Below, one piece after another: positions 12,814-25,500 of a stretch of DNA of 64,000 nucleotides. Where the stretch lies: contig JACQCH010000011.1 in assembly GCA_016201735.1 (NCBI GenBank), positions 1,291 to 65,290 of the forward strand, written 5' to 3'. The stretch's first letter is position 1. Each line of letters opens with the position of its first letter. This DNA comes from Candidatus Omnitrophota bacterium. GTDB lineage: Bacteria; Omnitrophota; Gorgyraeia; 1-14-0-20-64-10. Made by a program: the position numbers and the translations under genes. The notes below the pieces were generated by a model. The model was not told the DNA's origin and searched no databases. It saw only the letters and a program-made list of their open reading frames with translations.

Positions 12814-13464
12814 ATGAAACGAACCGTTTGGTTTTTGACAGCTCTCATTATTGGATTGACCCTGGATGTTCGCGGCGCGGTGTCCGCCGAGGGGCCGATG
12901 GCTCCTCCAGCGGCTGAGAAGCCGGCAGCGCCTGCTCCCGCCAAGGAGACGGTCTGGCTCGATGACGATCTTCCGGCCAACGCCAAAACGCAAGGGACCT
13001 GGGTCTGGGACACGGCCACTTTCTCAAGCGGCGCCAAGTCCCACGGGCACCCTTCCGCCAAAGGAGTGAATTCCCACGGATTCACCGCGGATCCGGTTTC
13101 CCTGTCGAACAGCGGGATGATCGTCCAGCAGGTCTGGCTGGATCCCAAAGATCCGCCCAAGGGGATCATGCTCAAGTTTAAGCTTGCCAGCGGAGAGGAA
13201 GTCGGCGTTTACTGGGAAGGGGAAGAGGAGGTCTTCAATCCCGGCGAGAATGAGGAGGTCTGGTATTACGGCCTTCTTCCGGAGCTGGGGAAGTGGACCT
13301 CCTTAGAGGTTTTGTCCGAAGATCTCGGATTAGAGGGAGAGAAGATCGCCGGAGTCAGCTTCGTCACCTTCGATGGGCGGGTTCTCTGGGATAAGACCGT
13401 CTTGACCGAAGCCCCGCCGGCAGAGGATCTGGAGTCGTTGCCGGAACTTCCTCCACAGAAGTAA
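12814..13464 (+). CDS. secreted hypothetical protein (signal peptide, Pro/Ala-rich linker)
   Basis: Signal peptide MKRTVWFLTALIIGLTLDVRGAVSA. GGAGAA RBS. No recognisable catalytic motif. Confidence 0.55.
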   Translation: MKRTVWFLTALIIGLTLDVRGAVSAEGPMAPPAAEKPAAPAPAKETVWLDDDLPANAKTQGTWVWDTATFSSGAKSHGHPSAKGVNSHGFTADPVSLSNSGMIVQQVWLDPKDPPKGIMLKFKLASGEEVGVYWEGEEEVFNPGENEEVWYYGLLPELGKWTSLEVLSEDLGLEGEKIAGVSFVTFDGRVLWDKTVLTEAPPAEDLESLPELPPQK

Positions 13465-13497
13465 ATTAATAGTAATGGAGTTTCTGATCCGCTTCCC

Positions 13498-13527
13498 TTG
13501 ACAAAAGGGGAGAGGATCAGGTATAGT
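13498..13527 (+). promoter_or_regulatory. sigma70-like promoter (TTGACA-N18-TATAGT) upstream of giant ORF 1
   Basis: Near-consensus -35 and -10 hexamers read directly from the sequence at 13498-13503 and 13522-13527. Confidence 0.45.
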
Positions 13528-13550
13528 TTGGTCAAGTTGTAAATTTCCAC

Positions 13551-13579
13551 CCTGGGTTCCATTTCTGAACCCAGGGCGT
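13551..13579 (+). promoter_or_regulatory. 5' leader hairpin (ccctgggtt-[ccatttctg]-aacccaggg) between promoter and giant ORF 1 start
   Basis: 9-bp perfect stem read from the sequence, located in the predicted 5' UTR. Confidence 0.35.
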
Positions 13580-13599
13580 TCATTTATGCCAGTTCGAGA

Positions 13600-16500
13600 A
13601 TGCGTTGGAAGAATCTTTTATTGACCTTTAAAGTGACAAATGCAAACTCCCCGATGAAGGCAAGCCCAAGGGCGTTCGTTTCCCTTCTTCTCATCCTTAC
13701 TTCACTCACCACCTGGACTGTTCCTTCCGGAGCCAGCCCTGAGCCCAGTCGAAGGGCCCTTCGCCAAACCCAGGAGAGCGAGCAGTCGGGTTCAGATCGC
13801 CAGCAACTCACCCAAGCCATCACCCGGGAATCCAATCCGCCTTCCCTCGCCGCCGGCCTGGAGGAGAAGTTCACCAGCTACAAGGAATTCCTGAATGACA
13901 AAAAAGAAGGACACCAACATCACCTAGATGAGCGAGAGAAAGGAAAGGTTTCTCCGGGGAGCATGATCTGGCATGATCTGCTGGATATCCAGATCATCCT
14001 TCCATTGCTGGGGCGTGCCGCGCCCAACTGGGCGAAGAAGCATAACGCCGATCTCATCGGGCTGCTTCAAGGTGCACTGATCCGCCTGACCGATTCCTAC
14101 CAGCAGTATTACAAACAGAGAGATCCTAATTCCCAGTCACAATGGAACGTGCGGGTGATCCAGGGAGGGAATCTCCGGTCCCTCTTCGAGAAGAAATTGG
14201 GATCAGCCACCAACATCAAATGGATTCACTCATTAGGGTATCCTGGACTGAGGGTGGAAACAGTTAGGAGTCTGCTGAATGACCAGCAGGTGGATTCGAT
14301 TCTCTTCGCCTTGCATGGAAACGATCCCCCCGAGGTTGTGGTTTTCGAAACGTCTTCTCATCTTATCGAGGGCGCCAAGAAGGGGGTCAGCGTACCCTCT
14401 TATGTGGAGTTAGGCAGGCATCTCCGGTCTCTCCAAGCTAAACCGACCGGTGGACGGGCGCTCAGTGCCTATAACGCGGCGCGGATTGAAGATGATAAAC
14501 ATAAGCCCCCTTCTTCAGCGGAACCTAGGGCCGCCTCGACTGTTGGACGGGGGGCCGGCGCACAGGGATCTTCCTCGCAGGGGCCTGCGGCTCCCCAACT
14601 GTCCGAACTGGAAAAACAATTAAACAGGGATCTTTTCTATCCCTCGGCCGGAGGAGATTTGAAAGGATCGGATGGTTTCTTCATCTTCAGACAGCGTTGG
14701 TGGAGATATCCATATCCGCAGCGGGAGCAGATCCTGAAGAGTTCTGGCGGTGAACTGTGGGGAATTCTCCAGCGCCGTTTCGGAATCGGGTCGACCTACG
14801 CCATGCAGCTTCTAGAAGGGGAAGAAGGGCAGAGACTTGGGCAGGGTTATGCTTTCGCCAGCAAGGATGAGGTTCGGATCTTTGTCCAGGACGTACTGCC
14901 AACCCTTCAATCCGCGGCCCAACAACTGGCCGAGAAAGTGAAAGGGGTAGAGGAGAACGAGCGGGAGGGGATCCGATCCAAAGTGTATCAAGAGACTGTG
15001 TCGGATATCCTTCCACGGATTGACAGGAACCTGAGAGATGACCAGGAGCTTGCGCTCGCAATCGGTTACCTGACGGAGCTCATCTTCACGGGAGAATATA
15101 AGGATTCCAGGGCGCTTACGGGGCTTGCAGAGGCCCTTTGGCAAGATTTCCAGAAACCCTGGAAACCGGCGCCGCCCGAATCCGCTGGGCCGCCCGCCAC
15201 GCCGGGCGCGACCCAGGCCGGGCTGGAGGAAGAGGTAAAGGTCCTCCATGGGCACAAAGGGCCGGTGCGGAAAGTGGCGTTCAACACAGGGAAGAGGAAC
15301 AGGGGTCTGCTGGCTTCGGCCAGCGATGGAGAGATTCGAATTTGGGATAGTAAAGGAACAGCTCGCCGGCCGGTCTTTAAGCATGAACCCGATGAACAGG
15401 TGTTGGTTGTGGCTTTCCGGCGGACCGGGAGCGCCGTGCTGGTGGTAGGCAATCGATCCGCCGTCAGCTGGGATGTTGGGAATAATATGCGGTTTCCAAC
15501 GAGGATTTTCTATCCTCCGGAGCTTCGGATTGACGCCGATTCCCTTCATCCAGACAGCATCGCGTTGTCGCCTGGCCGCACCTCGATGGTGATCGCTGGC
15601 AAAGAAGGTGCAATGGCCGTCATCCAGAATCTGGATCCGGATCGCAAGCTCAAAGGGTTAGATAAGCCGATGGGGATTCTGGGGCAACTTCAACCAGAGA
15701 AGGGGGCGGTGTTGAGTGTTGCTGTCAAGCCGGAGGATCCGGAGAAGGTGAGTCGGGGAAGATACATGGATGGCTGGGTGGCAGCCCTCGGCACCAGTAC
15801 AGGAACAGTGGAGTTATGGAAACTTCTAGAGCTTGCCGACCCCTTTCACAACGTCCAGATTCAGAGCAGGAGATTCTTGGTCCTCCAAGGTAACAGCGGC
15901 AAGATCATCAGTCTGGCCTTCGATCCCAGTTCGAAGGGAAAGATTCTGGCTGCCGGGGATGATCAGGGAAGAATTCGCATTTGGAATGCAATGAGGCGGT
16001 CGTTTCAGGAGATCCCTCTCGAGGAGAAAAAGGAGATTCTGGCTCTGACCTTCAGTCCCGATGGCAGAATCTTGGCTTCGGCTGGCGAAGCAGGGACGAT
16101 CCAATTCTGGGATGCCGTCACCGGCTGGCCCTTAGGATTCCGGCGCCCCAATGAAAATCAGCCGACAAAGATCTTGAGTCTTGCCTTCAACCTGGACGGC
16201 ACCCAAGTGGCCGCCGGCCGGGACGACGGCACGATTCTCATCGCGGGTGTTCCCGTCCCTCCTGTTCCCGCCGCCGGAATGGAGGAGAGAGAGAAATTGG
16301 AATGGCAACAGAGAATCGGGCAGGCGTTTAAGGGATGGGAAGCCCGGGGTTTGATTCGGTCGGCCGATCCCTTCGTGGGGGGCTTGCTGCAGACGCGACG
16401 GGAGGTCCAGAATGAAATCAATGAGTTAAGTAAACAACCCGAATATACATTGGCCTATAAGAGCTATAGACCATTCCGGCAGGCCCGATTGGGATTCCTG

Positions 16501-19500
16501 CAAACCCTCAGTTTTCTTCTAGAGGCCCTGGGCCAGGATCCATCGAAAAGTTCGGCTCGAATTATAAAAAGAAGTGAGCCGACCCTAGAGAAGACAGGAC
16601 TGGTTTGGTTTCGTCTTGGATTCCCCATTGATGGAAGAGAGTTCCAAGCGGTTCTTAGGTTCCATGTGGATGATACAGAATACCCCTATCTTTCAATCAA
16701 CATTCGTGGCCAGACCCAGGCTTTTAAGATCAAGACGATGCCTGATAAAACAAAACAAATTAAGATACCAACGCCCTATCTCCAATTCTATACCGATACC
16801 AGCAGAGCAAGATGGAGGAAAAACATCTACTATTTACCTGGATGCTTCAACAATCTTCCGGAAGGAGCGGAAGAGCCAGAAGTCTTGGAAGCTTTCCGCA
16901 ACTTCCAAAAGGGCCTGATTGAGGCAATCCAGAAATTGCCGTTGGCCCCTCCCGCCGCCGGAATGGAGGAGCCGCTGGATTCCGACGGGGCGTTCTGGAG
17001 ACTGGAGCAGTACGCCCAGAAGGAAGAGGTCGAGATCCGTCCCGCCAGCTTCTGGTTTGACAAGGCGGGCAGGCAGATGCATCGCCGGGTTCTTGAACTG
17101 CGGCGCTCGAAGGACCCGCATGCTCTTCCGGAACTGCTGAAAATCATGGATGATCCCAGTGTGCTGGATGACGTTCGGGTGGCGGCTGCCCGGGCGTTGA
17201 TTGGCATCCCGCTCCTTGACGGTTCCGATATCGAGACGGCGCTCGATGCGGTGGAACGGTTGAGCCGGCACAATGACCATCCTCCGCGCCCTGCGCCCGC
17301 TTTGGCGCTGTACGATCCGGGATCTCCGTTGTCGCAGAGGCGGAGCCGTTTCCGAAGGCAGTTGATCGGGGTGCGCAATCATCTTATCTCTCTCCTTCAG
17401 CAGGTTCCTCCAGGCCCAGGCCTCTCGCCGGATCAGATCTTCGAGCGGCTTTCTCCCCTTTTGCAACGGCCCCCCGTCAGGGTATTGGCGGTGGGCGTCG
17501 TGGGAGTGGCCGCCGGAAGAAACGGGATTCTCTCCGATGAAACCGGTCAGGTCTATGACCACTTTATCAGCCTGAGTCCGGTCAATCGCCTGCTGTTGCT
17601 TTCTTCCTTAGACGCGACGCAGCTCCACGAGGGCGTTTTAAACCGGCTGCCTAACTGGGCTCGGAAGGGAGCGATTCCGATTTATGTCAACGAGGAGGGG
17701 TCCTCAAAAGGACGTTTGTTTCTCCAATGGGTTGAGAAAGAGAGAATAGGCCCTTCGATGGCCCTTTTCATGGACGACGATCCTGAAAGTTTCAGGGTGT
17801 TTCCGAATTCGTGGCCCGGGACGCTGGTTTATCTCGGACGCTACGATCCAGAGCTTTCCCAACTTCGCCCCAATGTCATTCAGATCAGCCGGCCGGATGA
17901 GGGAAGACCATTTAACCGGGTCGAGATTGCGCGGATCGCCGCCCTGGTTGAGTTCGCCAAACAACGGTTCGCAGGGTCGGCAACTCTTCAAGCGGCCGCC
18001 TCGGGGAATGTGTCGGGTCAGCGGCCAGTGGAATTTCTCCTCTACCAGGCCCGTTTGACCGGACCCGCTGCCGAGGATTGGAGCCCGCTGAAGGCCGGTG
18101 CTTCGGCTCCGCTCGGCGCAGGTTTGGAAGAAGCCTTCGTCACGGGGCCGGCCAAAGGATTCACGACTAAAGTAGAACGGGTAATAGAAACAGGAATCCC
18201 CGTTGCTAAACGAAAGGTCGGGCGGCTGTTGCCGATGAAGACGGTCTGGGATTTGGCCGGGGCCACGATGACCGGAGGGGCCAACGGCCTGGAGGATCTG
18301 TCCGCGGAGGATTCTTCCTCGGCGAACCGGGTCATGGAGTGGGCCAATGATGGACTGCGTTGGTTGAATGTGCGTTCTTCCATTCCAGTCATCCAGCGGG
18401 TCTGGAAACGCCTTCAGGAGGAAGGCCGCAGGGTTCTTCCGGTCGAGATGAGGGCCAACCACGCAATGACTCTGGATTTTACCGATGAGGAGCCGGCGGT
18501 TCGTCTCGACACCACGGTGGCCTCCGAGCTGAACGGGCGGGAATTCAATGCCGGGCGGCCGCTTCTTTACGCGGTCGGCCTTTTCCATGAAGCGGCTATG
18601 GCGGCTGGGTTCACCCCTCGGGAAGCAATCCATCTGACGCTGGGGCTGTACCAGGGGATGACGGCCCAGGAGCGGCAGAATCTTCAGGCGATCCTTCGCT
18701 CTATCTACATTGATCATGGAAATACATGGGCCCTTTTCCTCCAGGATGCCTCCGACTCAAAGTCCGCAGATCTGAACCCCACTGAGTTTTCTGGAATGGA
18801 TACGCTGACGTTGGAAGAACGTTTGAATGAGGAACCTTCTTCATCCGCGCGCGGGCAGATCACGGCGATCCGGAATTATCGGGACAAATGGGTCTCCTGG
18901 CTGATGGGCCAACTTCTTATTGACCTGCCGTATGACCGGATTGCTTTCCGGCAGGCCATGGAGGAGGGCAATGTGGATGCCAGACGTCGGGCCGCCTACG
19001 AGGTGATTCGGGATTACGACCGTGATGTGGAGCAGGGTAACGCCGAGCGGATGAGCACCGTGGTTAGGGAAGAATGGCTTCCGGAGGATCTGCCGTATCC
19101 GGTCCTGGTCGGCGGCCGCGAGAGCCGGGCCTTCGGCAACCAGGCGCAGTTGTTCGCCAACAGCGCTTATGTTTTGAAGACGGCGGAGATTGTCCATGCC
19201 GCTCAGCTCCTTCTTGAAGTGGCTCGGGGCAAGGAACTGCTGGCGGAATTGGAGAAGATCGCCAATGCGGCTCCGATTTCGGCGCAGGAGGAATTGAGGA
19301 AAGCGGTTGGGCGAGTCAAGGAGTTGCTGGCCCACTTGGGACCGGGAGCGGACCGGATCCGGCAATTGGTGTTCGGACCCGGCAAGGTTGTTGCCTCAAC
19401 TCAGTACGCGGGCGCGCTCCAACAATTACGAGAAAACCTGGAAATCTTCCACAGCCAGGCGTCTAAGGTGATGGAGCAGGCGAAGGATCAGGTGGTCGCG

Positions 19501-22500
19501 GCGAGCACCGAAGGGGTTTCCAGACGTCTTCCGCAGGAGAATCTAACGGTCGGCTTCCGGGAAACTCAGCAGCGACTCACCGAGTTCGCGGACAAGGGGG
19601 GCCGGATCGCCGACGCGATGGATCAACTCTGGAAAGCGATCCTTCAAGGAGAATCGTATGCGGCGGCCTACAGCGTGCTGATGCAGAGGCCATCCCCCAC
19701 CGGGTCGGAAAAGTTCAAGGCAAACGAGCTGGAGGAGAAGCCGGAGCAGGAAGAGGTCCTCCGGAAACTGACCCGTTTAGGCGGTCAGAACCTTTACATG
19801 AGCCCCAGCTACGACTGGGTGGCCGAGGCGACGGACATTATCGAAGCGGCGCCCCTCTTTATCTACGAGCGGACGATCGAAGTGGATGAACATACCGTCA
19901 CCGTGTTTGAAGTGGACCAGGAAGGGCTCGAGCAGACGGTCCGGCAGATGGCCGACTACTGGGCGCTGAACATTGACAAGACGATGGATTCCGAGCATCT
20001 GGCGCTGGCGCGCGAGATCGTGGTTCGCACGAATCCGGCCCTCATGGCAGCGGCCGCCGAGCTGATGAAGCAGGGCCTGCCCGAGGAAGCGGCGCACCGT
20101 CGAGCATTCCAGCAGATGGAGGATTCAGGGAAGCGAGAAGTCCTTCTCAATAGAGTGGCTTTGGTGGCGGCTTGGATCGCCAGTGAGTTTGACCGGCGGA
20201 TCGAGGAAGTTGAGCGGTTTACTGAAGAGCAGTGGCGGAAACAGCATTTTATCGATCGGGTGGAAGCTCTGCGGGCACTATTGCTGGGCGATTCTCGGGA
20301 GCCGATTTACACCGGTTTCTGCAAAGAGTGCATCAGCCGATCCCAGTCGAAGGCCGAAACTCTTCGAACCGAGACAGACCGCTTGCAGGGAATTGTCTTG
20401 GCGCAGCGCCGGCCTCTGCCGGCTTTCCATATGCTGACGACGGAAGCGCCCGGGCTGGTGGAGGGATTCATCCAGGTGGTTCTCGAGGAGGAGATGGCTC
20501 TGCGGAATCTCCTTCGGGGTGAAGGCCGCCGCCTCGGGTTGGATCTTGAGCAGGAAGTCAAGGATGGGATGAAGAAGTACGCCGACCGGATTCAAATCCT
20601 GGGATGGAAGGTGATCCGGGAATTCGGCTATGAGCCGATCGTCGAGCAGTACGAGGCGCAAGGATTCTCTCGTGAACGGGCGATTCAGCAGGTGATCGGT
20701 GACCATCTGTCGCTCCAGGAGGAGCTGGCACGTCTGGCGGTCCTGGTGGAAATGGCGGAGGTGGAAGCGGGACCCGGTTACATCCTCGATCCGGAGGATC
20801 CAGATCATCCCCTCGTGACGGGACGCATCGGGAAACCAGGAAGGTCCCCGGACGACAATTATACTAAGTCGTGGACTCATCATTTTGAGCAAGAAGCATT
20901 TGAGCAGGTCTGGCAGCGCAACAAGCTCGATCCCGACTTGGCCCAGCGGATAACTCAGCTCCGGCAGGATGGAAGGACTGAGGTGGAAGCGATCGATGGG
21001 GCAATCGAGGAATCGCCTCTCTATAGTCAGGAGATTAAAGACACGGTCCGCTGGTTGGCCCGGCGGAGGGCGCTGGAGAATCTAGATGAGCGGCATCCGG
21101 AACTCCATCTGCAGGACCGGGTGCGTCGCTGGTACCGGGATCATACCGCCTTGGCGCGGACTACCGCCCGTCGTGAGACGGTTTCCGCTCATTCTCTTCA
21201 CCCAAAAATGTTGGATCCTCGGTACGCCTACTGCAGCGGGACCATCCAGGAGACGAAGGATGGGAGGCTCCGCCCGACCGGTGGGCGCAAGCGGTATCAC
21301 CTGATCTACGCCAACAGCCGCGTGAACTTGGGCAAGGGTGAGAAGGAATCGGTGGAAGTCTTGCCCCAATGGGTCGGCGTCACGGATCCGCTGGCGGCGG
21401 CTCACGGCAAGCGGTTCTACGAGCTCATCAACTTTAATCCGCAGATTCGCACCATTGTGGAAACCGAGAACCTGAAGGTATCTGAGAATCAGTGGATGGC
21501 GATGGTCCGGGCGATCCGGAACGTCCAGGCCTACTTCGTCGACCGGCTGGGACGGGGGGACATCGAAGACTTGGCTTATCAGTTTGATCAGCGTGGGGGA
21601 TTGACGGCGGCTGCACTCAAGCAGGGAGAGTCTTACCAGGCCGGGCCGACCGCCGGCTACTGCATCCCGAAAGACATTTTATTCAAGCTGTTCGTGGCCA
21701 CTCATCAGGATGCCGCCAAGCTTTCTCAGATTGGAGTCCCGAAACACCTGCACCGAGGAGTCATCCAAATGGCCGTCGAGCTGGCGGCTGCTCAAGAGAA
21801 TTTCGAGACGGTAATGGAATGGGAAAGTTGGGCGGCCCTGCAGTTGCTTTCTCAGAAAGCGCTGGAGAAAAGGTTCGGCCTGGACGGCGCGAAGTCGTTG
21901 GGGAAGCATTTCGGCAGGTACATCAGCGTTACCGGTGGCATCCCCGTCTTCCACGTGACAAAGATCCGACAACTGCTGGAGTTGACCGGCGTGCCCAGTC
22001 CGCTTCTGGCGCGGCTCCAGGATCTGCACTCCGCCCTCTGGAGCAACTGGGCGGAGCGGAAATTGACCCTGCCGGCGGAACAGGTGAACCGTTCGGTGGT
22101 CTTCACCATGACCCGGCAGATTCCAGAGGCGGCGAAGGAAGCCAAGGCGCTGAATCCGACGGCCGGTATCGTTGATCCCGACCAGCTTCGGGTCCATTTC
22201 TATGGGACCTACAAGGGGGATGAAAATTATCCTTCCCAGCCGGACGTCCGGTTCGCCTGGATCATGCGGGCGGTGATGATCTTAAGCGGCTTCGGGAAGG
22301 AAGTGGCCCTTTCTCTCGACGAAGAGGGCCAGATCCTGGCCCGGCTGGCCTGGGAAGGATTCCGCCCCGATTCGAACGATCCTGAAGATCAGAAGGTGAG
22401 GCGGTACCTGGCGAAGGAGTTGGCCGGTGTTCCGGATTTCGAGCTTCCGAGGGATCAGGCGATTGTCAATCGGCTGAAGGAGGCATTCCCCGTCCACACG

Positions 22501-25500
22501 ACGGTGGGGGACATCACCATTACCGTCGTGCCTGGAGTTTCCAGTGAGGATCTACTGGGCTTCAGCTCCGAGACAAAGGAACTGTTGGGAAATGTGGCGA
22601 CCCAGACGCAGGAACTGCTTCAGTCCAAGGGGATCTCCCCGGCGCAGATGAAGGCCGATGCCCAACAGCATTGGACATTCCCGCAGGAGTGGGTGCCGTT
22701 GAATGATCTTTCACCGGAAGAACAGAGAGGGTTGAAGGAGGCAGTCGCCGGCAAGATTCATCCGTTAGTTCTGCGGCTTCGGGGCCCCGGCGACAAATTT
22801 CTGGAGGATCTGCAAAGCCAGGATGTGGTGGTTTTCTCGGTCACTCATCCGGAAATTATGGCCTTGGACCCTGCCCACTTGAGGGACCTGATGCTGGAGG
22901 GGCACCCGAACAGCGCTTTGACGGCGCTGGACTTCGTCGCGCAGGGGCGCCACCGGGTCTGGTTCGACCGGGACATCATGAACTGGTACGCGGCGGGCCG
23001 GGGCGTTGATGAAAACGGCCAGCCGATCTTGAACTGGGAGGAACGGGATTCGAAGGGGCGCCAGGCGGTCTACCGGGCGTTTGGTTTCGGGACGGATGAT
23101 TACAGACCTCTTTTGGGAACCGGTCTGCGGGAAGAAGTGGTTCGCCAGGAGCTCCGGGCCAGAGAAATGTTCAAAGGTTTCGAACAGGTGGCCGGCGCCT
23201 CCGAGGAGGATCTGCCGCGTGCCGTCCAAGCTTTCCAGGCCCGCTTCGGAGAATGGTTCGAACGGAACCAGATGGTCACGGAGGCGGATCTAGCCATCCA
23301 GTACGAACAGCAGATGCTGTCGAATCGCCGTTGGAAGCCGCGGGACGAGGCCGTTCGGGAAGCCCTGGTGGACATCACGACCGGCCTGCCGGCCGAGAAA
23401 TTCGGCAAGGACCATTGGCTGGCGACGGGCGGGATGTTCCTCTTGAATGGGGCCCCGCAGGAGCAGATCGACCGGGTCTTGGCGATCGTTCATAAAGCGC
23501 AACAGCGGATGACGGCTCCTGCCGCCGCTGGGCTGGAAGAATCGAACCCTCGGGTGGCCCTCCTCATCAAGCCGCGGCTGACTGCGGCGGCCATTCGGTT
23601 CGCCGAACGAAAAGGAGAAATGTTCTCCGTCAAGGCCAGCGAGTCTGACGCGGTGAAAGCGGTGCAGCGGCGGAAAGGGTTGGCTCTGGAAGCGACCCGG
23701 CTGGCGGCGCTCAAGGCCCGCCAGGAAGGGTTCAACTCCGTCGAGCCGATCACTGAGGCGGCGCAGATTCCCCAGGCGCTCGTTTCCGCCAGGGAACAGA
23801 TGGATCAGATGCTCGCTGAACTTCAAACCCGCACCTCGGCTTCATCAATCCACCAGCACGTCGGCCGCGTCATGGGAACGACTGTTCAGGTTCTTCGTCG
23901 TCTGGCTGAGGAGCTGATCTCCGATGAAAAGGAACGAGAACGAGTTCAAGATCAGGTCAAGAAATTATGTCAGGGCCGGGAGATAGATCTTAAGACCTGG
24001 AATATTTTTGGAGGCAGTTATGAGGACCATGGAATTCTGGCCCGGCTCTTTGAGCTGGCCGGCCCATCTCGGCGAGACGAGGTGACGGCGGCAATGGAGC
24101 TTCTTTATCTAAGCAGCGTTTTGGAAAGAACGGCCAGTTTTCTTGTCCTTCCGGCAGAAGAAGTGGATGAGCGGCTTTTGTTGCGGGCGCTGGCTGGATT
24201 TTTTGCCGAGACAATCGACGATCATTTCTACGAATACAATCCCTGGGCGTTTGACCCGAAGAGGGGACTGACCTTTAAAGATTTCTACGATGAGCTCGGC
24301 GCATTGAAGCCCGAGCGGGCGGAGGAGCTTTATCAGGTTTCCTGGGAACACCACCGGACGCTTTATCGATATGTCCGGCACTTGATTCTCACCAAGACGG
24401 AGGCCAAAAACCTCTCTATCGGAGACCAATATGATTTGTTTGGGCAGATTCGGTTGGGGCAGAGTGTTGCGCAAGATGAACTGATAGCGCAGGCGATCGG
24501 CGCCGGCGCCCCGGGTCGCTATGAGCGGCTCTGGCGGGCTTACAACCAGACCAGGGAAATGGTTTTCATCCGCAACGACGGGTTCACCCTGCCGATGGTC
24601 TTCGAAAAAATGGATCCGGAGGATCCCGAGATTCTCGACGTCCGGCATCGGGTGAACCATGCCTTCCTCGCCCCGGTGGGGCGCACTCATTACTCCCGGG
24701 CTTTGATGGAGGCCGGCCAACTCGGCGAGAATCTTTTCATCACCCGAGATGGGGAGATGGCGACACCAGCCGGGGCAAAGGGGCCGGTGCTCCAGATCCG
24801 GGACGCCCAGTTCTGGCTGACCGAGTGGCAATATCGCCAGGCCCTGATCCGCTGCCGGGGCATGAATCCTGCCGACGCGGACCGTCAGATTGCCGAGGAT
24901 CAAAGGACAGGCCGATTGACTCCGAAGGGGATCCGGGCCGCGGCCCGGTTCACCCGGCCGGTCACCATCGGATCGGTGGTTCCCATGCACCATCATTACC
25001 TGGAGCCGGAGTTGGTGGCGGCTGGTTATCCGGCGACCGATAAATCTCCGGTTCTGTATAAAGTCACCTACGACAAGTCGATCTATCCCGAAATCTACAA
25101 TCCCGCCGAGCGGACGGGAGTTCACCTGCCGGATGAAATCGACTGGTACCGGGAGGATACCGAGGCAGCGGCGTCCGCCCCGGAGGCCAAGCAGGCCATC
25201 GCCGTGGCCTTAAGGCCGTTTGCCCGGAAACACGGGATCATCGTCGCCAAGGGTTCCGCCGAATCCGGGGCCAGGAATTTTAAGCGGTTTGACTTTGTAG
25301 ATGAGCAGGGGAAACAATTCACTCAGCAGGAATTTGAAAAGCGCCTAGCCGAGGCGGCGGAATTCATTTATCAGGTCTCCACCGGGCAGAATGTGACGAT
25401 CCAGCGGGCGATCGTTGTGACGCCGATTGCCTGGATGGATCCGAAGGCGGTGCAGGAGTTCGTTGAACGGCAGATTCGGGAATGGGCGGTACCCGTCAAT

